Positions 20,201-26,280 of a stretch of DNA of 26,280 nt are shown here, in pieces. Positions within the stretch are counted from its first letter, which is position 1. Each line of letters starts with the position of its first letter. The notes beneath the pieces were generated by a model. The model was not told the DNA's origin, did not search any database, and was given only the letters and a program-made list of their open reading frames with translations. Source of the DNA: a virus (taxonomy: Duplodnaviria > Caudoviricetes); the IMG/VR virus record IMGVR_UViG_3300020408_000033, positions 1 through 26,280 of that record; one strand, given 5' to 3'. Made by a program: the position numbers and the translations under genes.

Positions 20201-23200
20201 ATCCACCTGGCGAAGCAGTTGATAGTTCTTTACCAAATGTAAAAGTCGTAGTGTATAGAAGAGTAAATGACCAATATACATATAGTCAAATACTTGAACC
20301 TTTTAATCAGTTTGAAGATTTTGGTAATTCAATAGCAATTTCAAATGACGGTAAAAAAATTGCAGTAGGTGCACCTCTAAATAGCGACCTTACACCAGGC
20401 GGCGGCTGTGTATACATATATGTGCAAAATGGCACTACGTTCTCATATAGACAAACCATAAGACCGAGAGATACAAAACCTAATACTCAGTTTGGACATG
20501 AAATAGATTTTGATGGAAATACATTGGCAATTTGTTCTAGAGGAGGAGATTTAGAAACTGTAACAACATTTGATAATTCTCAAACTATCTTTGATAACAA
20601 AGCTACACAATTTAAGTTGATTGACAATGATAGCGGATTAGTAAGCATTTATGAAACAATTAATGATACTTTACTTTACGCACAGGATTTTGCTTATAAT
20701 GTTGATACAGCAGATTTTGGTAACATAATGAAAGTCATGGGCAATCATGTATATTTAGGTTTACCTAAACAGCAAGTGTCTCTTACAAATAGTATAGACA
20801 GAGGTGTTGTTGCAGAATATAGAAAACCACAAGGTGTACAAAATTGGTCAGTTGCAAGAAGTCCTGTAGATCCAGTTGATGTATCAAAATTAAAAGGTGT
20901 ATATCTGTTTAATAAAACAGACAACAGTCTTGTAACTTATCTAGATTATATTGATCCATTACAAGGAAAAATTTCTGGCATAGCTGATCAAGAAATAGAT
21001 TTTAAAACAAGTTACGATCCTGCAAGTTACAGTGTAAGCAGTGAAGCAGGAATTGTAGCACAGGCTTTAGACTACACAGCAGAAAAATGGATAGGAAAAG
21101 TATGGTGGGATATAGGAAGTGCCAAATTCATTAATTTCCATCAAGGTGATATTATTGAGTCGACACAAAACTTTAATAAATTATTTCCTGGATCAACAGT
21201 GGACGTTTATGAATGGGTTGAATCAACCTTATTGCCAAGTGAATGGGATACACAAGCTGGTACTGAATCAGGTTTAACAAAGGGTATTAGTGGAACAACA
21301 AAATATGGTGATAACGCATATAGTGTCAGGAGAAAATACGACACAGCAACACAAACCTTTACCACTTATTACTATTATTGGGTAAAAGATAAGACAACAT
21401 TACCTGCAATAGAAACAAGACGTACAAGTGGCTTTAACATTGCACAAGCTATATCAGATCCTGCAACAGCAGGCACAAGATTTTTAGCACCATTAGGATC
21501 AAATAGATTTAGTTTATATAATTGTCAAGCATTTATGCAAGATAAAAATGTAGGTGTAAGTTTTAATTGGTGGACTATAGAAAATCAAGAACAAAATACT
21601 CATAACGAATATCAAGTTATTTCCGATGGATTAGCAACAAGTATTCCTAACGCTGATATTGAACAAAAATGGTATGACAGTTTAGTAGGCTTTGATAAAA
21701 ATGATAGACCTGTACCTGATATCAATTTACCAATAAGACAAAAGTATGGAAATTTGAATGAACCTAGGCAAAGTTGGTTTATTAATAAAACAGAAGCAAG
21801 AAAACAGTTTATTGAACGTGTAAACAAAACACTTAAAACTGAACTTATTGTTGATGATAAGGACTTAACTGATTTAACAAAAATAGATCCGCTACCTACA
21901 GTAGCAGAAGGAAGATTTGATACAACAAGTGATACTTTTGCTGAACTTTCCTTTGTAAGTGTAGCAAGGCTCAGAAGAGCAAGTGTTTCATTAGAAGTTG
22001 AAAATGGAAATATTATCAACGTGTTAATTAACGATGGCGGTACAGGTTATATAAATCCACCAACTTATACTATATCTGATTCACGCGGAACAGGTGCAGA
22101 AATATCTTTCAGCTTAGATGCAAACGGATCTATAAACAATGCAACAATTATTAATGCAGGACAAAATTATACTTCTAATGTTTCGATAAGCATGAGACAG
22201 TTTGGTGTCCTTGTTAAAAATGATGAAACTGTTGGAGGTAAGTGGGCTATATTCTCATGGACAGGATCAGAATGGCAAAGATCATTAACGCAAGCCTATG
22301 ATGCAAATATGTACTGGAAATATATTGACTGGTATAAAGCAGGATACAATAAGTTTACACCTATTTCATATCAAATTAATTCTAGCTATGAACTTTCTGG
22401 ATTAGACGATAGCATTGGCGATGTAGTCAAAATTGCTAATGTTGGTACAGGTGGCTGGTTATTACTACAGAAAAAAGATAATCAAGACACGTCAGACTAT
22501 ACAGTAAATTATGATACTATAGGTAGACAAAATGGAACGATAGAGTTTTTAAATTCTTTATATGACACTTCAAGTGAAAACATTGCTTACGATGGTGCAA
22601 GTTTTGATAAAATATTTTATGATACAGAGCCAGTAGAAGAATTTAGAATTGTAATCAATACAATTAAGAATAAACTGTTTATAGACGATCTTGCAAATAA
22701 ATGGAACGAATTATTTTTTGCAAGTTTAAGATATGTGTTAGCTGAACAACCAAACGTAGATTGGATGTTTAAAACAAGTTTCATAAAAGCAAAACATAAC
22801 ATTGGTGAGTTAAAACAAAAAGTAACATTCCAAAACGATAATTTAGCAAGTTATCAAAATTACATTGAAGAAGTCAAACCATATAAAACTAAGATACGTG
22901 AATATCTAAGTTCCTATGAAAAAATTGATCCTTCTTCTTCTGTGATAACAGATTTCGATTTACCTCCGGTTTACAATGCTGATGCAGGAAAGATTATTCC
23001 GCAAAGTGTGCAAATTTTAGATGATACTATTGTATCAGGTATATCTGAAATTACAAAGTTTCCTAGTAAACATTGGGCAGACAACGTTGGTTTTGAACTT
23101 ACAGATTTAACTATTGCTGATCCTGGAAGTGGTTACACAATAGCACCAGAAATTAAAATTACAGGTGGCGGCGGCACAGGAGCTCAAGCCCAAGCATTCA

Positions 23201-26200
23201 TTGGAACAAATGGAAGACTTACATCTATTGAGGTTACCAAACCTGGAAGTGGTTATCTATCACAGCCTAAGATTGAAATTATAGGATCAATTGAAGACGG
23301 TGGAACAGCAGGTAGATTAAGTCCTGTATTAGGCAAAGGTAAAGCTAGAGCTATGCACGTGGTTTGCAAGTTTGATAGGGTAACTGGTGCGTACCTGTTT
23401 AGCCAATTAACTGAAACACAAACTTTTGTCAGTACTATTAATCAACAAATATTTGATTTGAAATGGCCTGTGCAATTGAAATCAACAAGGATTTCTGTAA
23501 CGGTTGATGGATTAGATAGCTTAAGAAGTGAATATAAATTTGAAAATGTAAAAGATACTACAAAAGATCATACAAGATTTAAAGGAAGAATAACATTTAC
23601 TAATCCGCTAAAAGCAGGACAAAATATTGTAGTGTCTTATGATAAGGCACCTGACTTGTTACAAGCACAGGATAGAATTAATCTTTACTATAATCCTGCA
23701 ACAGGAATGTATGGTAACGACCTAGGTCAACTGTTAGACGGAATTGACTATGGAGGAGTTGAAGTAAGTAGCTACAGCTTTGGATCAGGTACTGGTTGGG
23801 ATTCCGATGGTTGGTTTACAGATACATATGATACATTTGACACAGAGTTTGATGACGAAATATTCCAAATGGATGGAAGCACTGAAGTATTCACATTAAG
23901 TAAACCTCTAGCAAATGGCGTTGTGTATAATGTGTATCTAAACGGAACAAGAATTGATGATCCTAACTTTGGCACAAACGCACAAACTAACACCAATGCA
24001 GTGTTACAAAGCATAGTCGGTGCAGGCCAAACAACAATAACAATTACAAATGATGTGCAAAAATTTGTAGCAAATGATGTTGTGGTGTTTAGAAAAACAA
24101 CATCTGATGGAGCGTTTTTACCTGACCCGAGATCCTATGATACAATTTTAAGTGGGGGAGATTTACAATTCTTCACAGCAAAAGGTGTTAATCCAGAAGA
24201 AATCGTTGTAGATGGAGATGGGTTTGTAACTCCAACAACATCTAAAGGACCAGAAGAACAAGTTCCAGGGCAAGTTTTAGATACTGTTGATATTAAAGTA
24301 TTCCATAGACAAGGAAAAGGAGGAAGTGTCCTATCCAGTAATTCATATAACGCAGACGGAACACAGGTTGAATTTAGTTTTGGAATCCAACCACAAAACG
24401 AAGAAGGATTAATTGTACGTCTTGATGATATTATTCAAAACAAAAACACTTACAGAGTAGATTATAGACTAAAGAAAGTAAAATTTTTAAATGCTCCGGG
24501 AGCAAGTACATTTGTAAACATCATTAGCGTAAGCGGTAATGGTGAAAACATAGTTGAGTTTGAAGAATTTATAGGTGATGGATGCTCTGTACAATACGTA
24601 ACTAAAGCAAGATGGTCACCAAACCTTGATTACTATGCAACAGTAGATGGTAAAGTAGTTGAATCTGTTTTAATCGCAAGCGATGATAGTGGTGCTGAAG
24701 ATACAAAAGCTGTACTATTCTTTGGTAGTCCGCCAGCGGATCAAAGCGTTATTAATTTTGCAGTATACAGCAAAGCTGATAGCTTTAGTAAAATTGAAAC
24801 ACAAGAATTTGAAGGAGATGGTTCCACACTTAATTTCACTTTAGCTAAAACACCTTATAGTGCATTACCTAACAGCCATAACGTAATTGTAAAACAAGGA
24901 AACAGAATTTTAAATCCTGGTTACAATCAACAATTTATTGTAGAGGACGGTGTAAAAGAATACTTCTTAGAAATATGGCAACGCCCAATAGGTAGTTTTG
25001 ATAATACTGATGTACTTGTCCTTTTAAACGGTAAAGTGTTATTGATTGCTACTGAATACAATATAAGACCTGCTAACAGCTCTTTGATACTTGAACCAGG
25101 TATAGGACAGCCAGGGGATAAACTAGAAGTCTTTATCAGAACAGATGGTGAATATGCTTTTGGAAGCGTTCAAGTTATCAATAATAATAACACATGGGTA
25201 GATAGTGGAAATGTATTGCAATTAAAGTCTGCACCAGGCAATGGCGAAAAACTTACTGTATACACATTTAATAAACACGATTACATGGACTTTGAAAGAC
25301 TCAACTATGATGTTGTTGCGAGATCAACGTTAAGTGTTGGATCAGATGATCATATACAGTATAATCATTTAAAAGCTGGTTTGGTAAAATTAAGAAATCC
25401 AGCAATTGACGCACAGTTTGTTTGGGTAATAGTAAACGGTATATTAAAAACACCAAGTGTAGATTACAAATTGACAGATGATAAGAAATTTATTAAGTAT
25501 AACGGATCATTTGCAGATAATGACGTAATTGAATTGATACAGTTTAGTGCATCAGGACCAACTGAACCTAAATTTGGATTTAGTCAATTCAAAGATATCT
25601 TGAACAGAAATATTTACAAACGATTAGGTGACATTGCACCTTTAAAACTTGCAAAAGATCTTCTTGTTACAGATAAAGAAATTGTTTTAGATGATGCAAG
25701 CACAATTAGCTCTCCTGATAAGAATAGCAGTATTCCAGGGATTGTGTTTATAAACGGTGAAAGAATTGAATTCTTAATCAGACAAGGCAACACTCTAAGA
25801 CAGTTACAAAGAGCTACATTCGGCACAGGCGCACCTGAAGTTCATTTTGCAGGAAGTGATGTGTATAATCAAGGAATTCAACAGACTGCACCGTATGCTG
25901 ATAAAACTATTACAAATACCCTTGTAGGAGACGGATCAACCAGTGTATTTGAGTTAGGATTTACTCCAAAATCTGTAAATGAATTTGAAATATTTGTAGC
26001 TGGTAAGCGTCTAAGAAAGACGGCAATACAGTTATTTGATGCAACAAAAGATCAGGATAGTCCAGAAGCAGATGTTAATGCTCCAGCAGAATTTTCAGTC
26101 ACAGGAAATACACCATTTGTAACTTTGTTAAATACACCAGCATCGGGTGTTAAGATACAAATAATACGTAGACAGGGCACTTTATGGGCAGATCCTGGAG

Positions 26201-26271
26201 TTTCACTTAATGATTCGGAAAGTTTGGTAGCACGTTTCTTTAAGGCAGAAAAGGTGGAGCTACCAAAATAA
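11260..26271 (+). CDS. Giant multidomain virion structural protein (5003 aa), probable gp7-position baseplate wedge scaffold fused to adhesin-like modules
   Basis: Uninterrupted 15-kb ORF coupled to gp6 by TAATG. N-terminal LLPRYFRT..NKKFL wedge-like start, FG-GAP-type blades, CBM5/12-like modules, GxGY..P repeats and GDGSTxxF repeats typical of T4-like phage tail proteins. Confidence 0.75.
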   Translation: MAQDEKPIQTGKDEKREVASLLPRYFRTSANKKFLSSTLDQMMQPGVIEKVDGFIGRKDAKAFSADDNYVPEISSDRENYQLEPVATIQNNIGETIFYRDYRDYVNSVKIRNADTTNHSILNGQEYYAWEPHIDWDKFTNFREYYWLPTGPDSIPVYGTARDITSTYNVKKQSNVDNDSYVFSDENAISNPTLTLYKGQTYTFDIDAEDMPFTIRTSVKVDDDSNLYNTGVSQQKVEKGKVTWEIDLEAPDTLYYVNGNDIEASGLIVIKNIIDNTSLDVGADIIGKKTYTMQNGYALSNGMKVEFFGNVTPASYAEGKYYVEGVGDSIKLISEGDLSVSAGYLADIKTEFDGNSFDAVPFDDALSFANKKDYICINKASKDRNQWSRYNLWTHKSVLETTAAINGTPVEIDQNFRATRPIIEFEAGLKLVNFGTESKTSVDLVDTVTKDVFSDIEGQVGYFVDGTELVTGMRVLFTADPDSLVNGKIYTVTFINHNGTNQIALKETTDTTPLENQTVQVKSGTNFKGKVFWYNGTTWRQGQDKTSVNQQPLFDMYNNEGTLLSAIDGSTFKGNKIFSYKQGEGTNDTELGFPLSYRTIENSGDITFDFNLLNDMYQYDQGTNVLKVKTDTALLRKYTNRTTFTSVSGWKKAPTKSEQPVILQYVTGPRTNNFIIDCYQRSGDLNDLKIKVYLDNKRCYEETDYTIFRQNGYAYVQFVKDLELKQSVIIETKTATPKNNRGYYKFPINLEKNPMNENVVDFTFGEVLDHVNSIVDNNDDFTGVFPGVGNLRDLGQVSQFGLRFVQHSGPINLALYNLTTKDYNMPKAIQFSGNEYIKFKREFLRIANELGFEGSDKVHVDKILLELTKTKNKNDAFYFSDMVPFGGDNIQEYEIEDSTQNIFSLTRSVSFTELNENACLIYLDEMQLIKDKDYAISTDGFINITKPLVAGQKVKIVEYETTDGCWIPPTPTKLGLYPKYEPEIYLDDTYISAVPDSTGPYKIYGIDSITTKGYKDKLGWFYPVFTDEVSAQAYDRVNGGTGLAHTHTFNGYNRVFFMPNSSMNHATGDTTEFTEWNAAQPVLQGHDGSIWKCFGDYRDRLLLEFEKRIYNNLKQDYDESIVDLADFIESDFRSTGFTRQKIANVIIAEFNTWLETVGVPDYTKNDVFTRGNSFTYNYSYFGNPYDKPLAGFWRAIYKDLYNTDRPHTHPWECLGLKIKPSWFDTVYGPAPYTKNNTLLWQDLSKGIVREPNKKITYRNKYKNADILKYIPVDKQGNLVSPAEVGYARGGLDSTYVYDFKFGDEGPVETAWRRSSHYPFALVRAWSLLQPAQYYGLAWDRSRTVRNLAGQLVYKDTSKRIELSQLAFPNSASEETRVLTAGLVNYIQGYLSANETLQFKEYKNNLQSIENKIGSKIGGFTQKNKFKLILDSRTPTNEGNIFIPEENYEVILTKSVPTNVLSYSGIIIEKLPQGFKVNGYDKDTPVFRTLPVMKKANDPVVNIGGVSENFLTWTTGKVYEPGQVVSFNSVYYRVKVGHTASDNFNPDNFQQMADLPTEGGANATFANSFDTVQFDVPYGTVYTEVQDVVDFILGYQQYLKQTGFLFETYNQTLQEIEDWKLSAKEYMFWTTQNWDSGAVLTLSPSARQIAFSNPYAVVDDIYNNFYDYSLLKADGKRLLADFATTERDNTNDFGIYVKNTQEGIYHLKIPTIQTEHAIVIDNETVFNDKIYTRPQGYRQERIKVKGYRSDGWNGGLNVPGFIFSDSVINEWTQWQDYKIGDLVKYKQYYYVANRNIAGADNFNDSAYVRLGGKPESALLPNWDYKAKQFEDFYDLDSDNFDVEQQKLAQHLTGYQKRKYLENIIPDDVSQYKFYQGMIQDRGTKNVLNKLFDKLGSANKDSIEFFEEWAVRVGRYGATEGDDTFEVLLDEQNYRLEPQPVELVDVVNPKDTSLIIGIDRNNVYVKSKNYDHKPLPTKHFNDENIFVPSAGYVNPSDVYTSVLNYNDILNQNIDTLQAGQYIWTALEKNQTTWSVYKYVGSEFKIQSVGKSENNVFKITLNSEPNFEAGDIIGIKEVGDENNGFFTVNKVELNVLSCNSVEDVPQTEEDKYDGEGFLTYFKKVRVANLTEANANIQESDVTPFTIVGDLPTGQTIWVDDDDTGKWTVLKSKQVYELKPNIINTTAGLLDSTQKDFGSSVSVTENNNTVAITAPKDLNGSVYIFTRPSDNTEVGLLQQIDEQAFLYDSNGGFGTSAALSPDGKYLAIGSPNASNVKSKLKGDYVNTKTYATGDIVLYSDQLWRAKRPIEADAVQNFQSHASNQQSISDDYDTTSSSYPETVFMMRGNYAMPNSATDHILIRAEKEQWEGTKPGDILTLKWNQFTSLATAGVQPFNGDAVMNQSFINGQHVIAGKVQMVVEIISALATPEVGDEITTETARANVQYRFIDNDNRLILYLNNVNGNLSTSGTIAQNNITIGTYTAINNINDNYHAGWWYINVGQSFNSTNIKETKPNLVVTDITLEGGTPPTPIFNNILDTKQNEDIISNPTRVSYYGVLSHQQGATEINILDDRWFIRTDATQYAQLQVGNKIRTWISDTYVSGTRQDPSAIGLTYDYVNNTEHTILDKWNGWVDVRLTNFDLNGDPFLPNVGDTVTDTTTGSTAEVAYIQRQFAVARFFLKNRNGTWSKGSDFGEASNVTFFENDSTVRTVGPINNTHVENNVSGGLVVIRNATNIAIPAGNSYVQDTEYWIYASSNIDGITDSANPPGPLNLDWIRVYNIPLSAAGEPAAENMDAQGAFAIYEKRGSTYQLQNYFTVPNAASGRRLGNKVEFRETGADSYKLFVHAKGDGTEHNQGRIYIIEKNATEDWSLGIDRNFRGFHRTSATYFEGELVRVGNEIYEANTNLVPGTFNPALWTQKTSGLDLLGYVPNDTNFSLNTSTLEQNKLEAFGENFDVDKKGDVLIASTMYTSTYELDSSDGSLLYPPGEAVDSSLPNVKVVVYRRVNDQYTYSQILEPFNQFEDFGNSIAISNDGKKIAVGAPLNSDLTPGGGCVYIYVQNGTTFSYRQTIRPRDTKPNTQFGHEIDFDGNTLAICSRGGDLETVTTFDNSQTIFDNKATQFKLIDNDSGLVSIYETINDTLLYAQDFAYNVDTADFGNIMKVMGNHVYLGLPKQQVSLTNSIDRGVVAEYRKPQGVQNWSVARSPVDPVDVSKLKGVYLFNKTDNSLVTYLDYIDPLQGKISGIADQEIDFKTSYDPASYSVSSEAGIVAQALDYTAEKWIGKVWWDIGSAKFINFHQGDIIESTQNFNKLFPGSTVDVYEWVESTLLPSEWDTQAGTESGLTKGISGTTKYGDNAYSVRRKYDTATQTFTTYYYYWVKDKTTLPAIETRRTSGFNIAQAISDPATAGTRFLAPLGSNRFSLYNCQAFMQDKNVGVSFNWWTIENQEQNTHNEYQVISDGLATSIPNADIEQKWYDSLVGFDKNDRPVPDINLPIRQKYGNLNEPRQSWFINKTEARKQFIERVNKTLKTELIVDDKDLTDLTKIDPLPTVAEGRFDTTSDTFAELSFVSVARLRRASVSLEVENGNIINVLINDGGTGYINPPTYTISDSRGTGAEISFSLDANGSINNATIINAGQNYTSNVSISMRQFGVLVKNDETVGGKWAIFSWTGSEWQRSLTQAYDANMYWKYIDWYKAGYNKFTPISYQINSSYELSGLDDSIGDVVKIANVGTGGWLLLQKKDNQDTSDYTVNYDTIGRQNGTIEFLNSLYDTSSENIAYDGASFDKIFYDTEPVEEFRIVINTIKNKLFIDDLANKWNELFFASLRYVLAEQPNVDWMFKTSFIKAKHNIGELKQKVTFQNDNLASYQNYIEEVKPYKTKIREYLSSYEKIDPSSSVITDFDLPPVYNADAGKIIPQSVQILDDTIVSGISEITKFPSKHWADNVGFELTDLTIADPGSGYTIAPEIKITGGGGTGAQAQAFIGTNGRLTSIEVTKPGSGYLSQPKIEIIGSIEDGGTAGRLSPVLGKGKARAMHVVCKFDRVTGAYLFSQLTETQTFVSTINQQIFDLKWPVQLKSTRISVTVDGLDSLRSEYKFENVKDTTKDHTRFKGRITFTNPLKAGQNIVVSYDKAPDLLQAQDRINLYYNPATGMYGNDLGQLLDGIDYGGVEVSSYSFGSGTGWDSDGWFTDTYDTFDTEFDDEIFQMDGSTEVFTLSKPLANGVVYNVYLNGTRIDDPNFGTNAQTNTNAVLQSIVGAGQTTITITNDVQKFVANDVVVFRKTTSDGAFLPDPRSYDTILSGGDLQFFTAKGVNPEEIVVDGDGFVTPTTSKGPEEQVPGQVLDTVDIKVFHRQGKGGSVLSSNSYNADGTQVEFSFGIQPQNEEGLIVRLDDIIQNKNTYRVDYRLKKVKFLNAPGASTFVNIISVSGNGENIVEFEEFIGDGCSVQYVTKARWSPNLDYYATVDGKVVESVLIASDDSGAEDTKAVLFFGSPPADQSVINFAVYSKADSFSKIETQEFEGDGSTLNFTLAKTPYSALPNSHNVIVKQGNRILNPGYNQQFIVEDGVKEYFLEIWQRPIGSFDNTDVLVLLNGKVLLIATEYNIRPANSSLILEPGIGQPGDKLEVFIRTDGEYAFGSVQVINNNNTWVDSGNVLQLKSAPGNGEKLTVYTFNKHDYMDFERLNYDVVARSTLSVGSDDHIQYNHLKAGLVKLRNPAIDAQFVWVIVNGILKTPSVDYKLTDDKKFIKYNGSFADNDVIELIQFSASGPTEPKFGFSQFKDILNRNIYKRLGDIAPLKLAKDLLVTDKEIVLDDASTISSPDKNSSIPGIVFINGERIEFLIRQGNTLRQLQRATFGTGAPEVHFAGSDVYNQGIQQTAPYADKTITNTLVGDGSTSVFELGFTPKSVNEFEIFVAGKRLRKTAIQLFDATKDQDSPEADVNAPAEFSVTGNTPFVTLLNTPASGVKIQIIRRQGTLWADPGVSLNDSESLVARFFKAEKVELPK

Positions 26272-26275
26272 ATAC
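26268..26275 (+). promoter_or_regulatory. ATAAATAC late-promoter-like box overlapping the stop codon of the giant gene
   Basis: Stop TAA (26269-26271) forms the start of TAAATA. Same ATAAATAC octamer as at 7631-7638. Confidence 0.55.
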
Positions 26276-26280
26276 AGTTG

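Noticed and set aside
1766-25826. Other short antisense or alternate-frame ORFs (61-135 aa)
   Set aside because: All are nested within long structural genes, with composition expected from antisense mirroring of biased codons and no motifs.
74-26271. Stop-codon reassignment as seen in some large phages
   Set aside because: The standard code gives intact, tightly packed ORFs. Stops are TAA (seven) and TGA (one, followed by TAG). Nothing here requires recoding.
11260-26271. Intein or intron inflating the giant ORF
   Set aside because: I saw no intein splice motifs or LAGLIDADG/HNH motifs and no frame breaks; the length is explained by structural modules. An HMM scan would confirm.
1-26280. 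Bacterial eCIS, tailocin or T6SS locus
   Set aside because: The baseplate gene order is shared, but T4-type gp6/gp25 motifs, TAAATA late boxes, jumbo-sized proteins and the lack of ATPase, membrane-complex or effector-immunity genes favour a phage. Capsid and terminase genes in the flanks would settle it.

Overview
AT-rich, gene-dense window with eight long same-strand (+) ORFs and only tiny gaps. It reads as the baseplate module of a large contractile-tailed (T4-superfamily-like, probably jumbo) bacteriophage. Gene order: tube-fold baseplate protein, LysM/gp53-like wedge protein, gp27/VgrG-N-like hub, gp5-like spike with a C-terminal GH19 lytic domain, PAAR tip, gp25, enlarged gp6, and a 5003-aa multidomain wedge/adhesin-like protein. 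T4-late-like TAAATA boxes sit at gene junctions, and a perfect divergent sigma70 promoter lies at the left edge. The most unusual signals are an apparently complete avoidance of GCWGC (all 17 Ala-Ala pairs I found start with rare GCC/GCG), an evolved-VgrG-like spike, a canonical EF-hand on the hub, and the giant protein's inserted modules. All family assignments are motif recognition by eye; no database searches were run.
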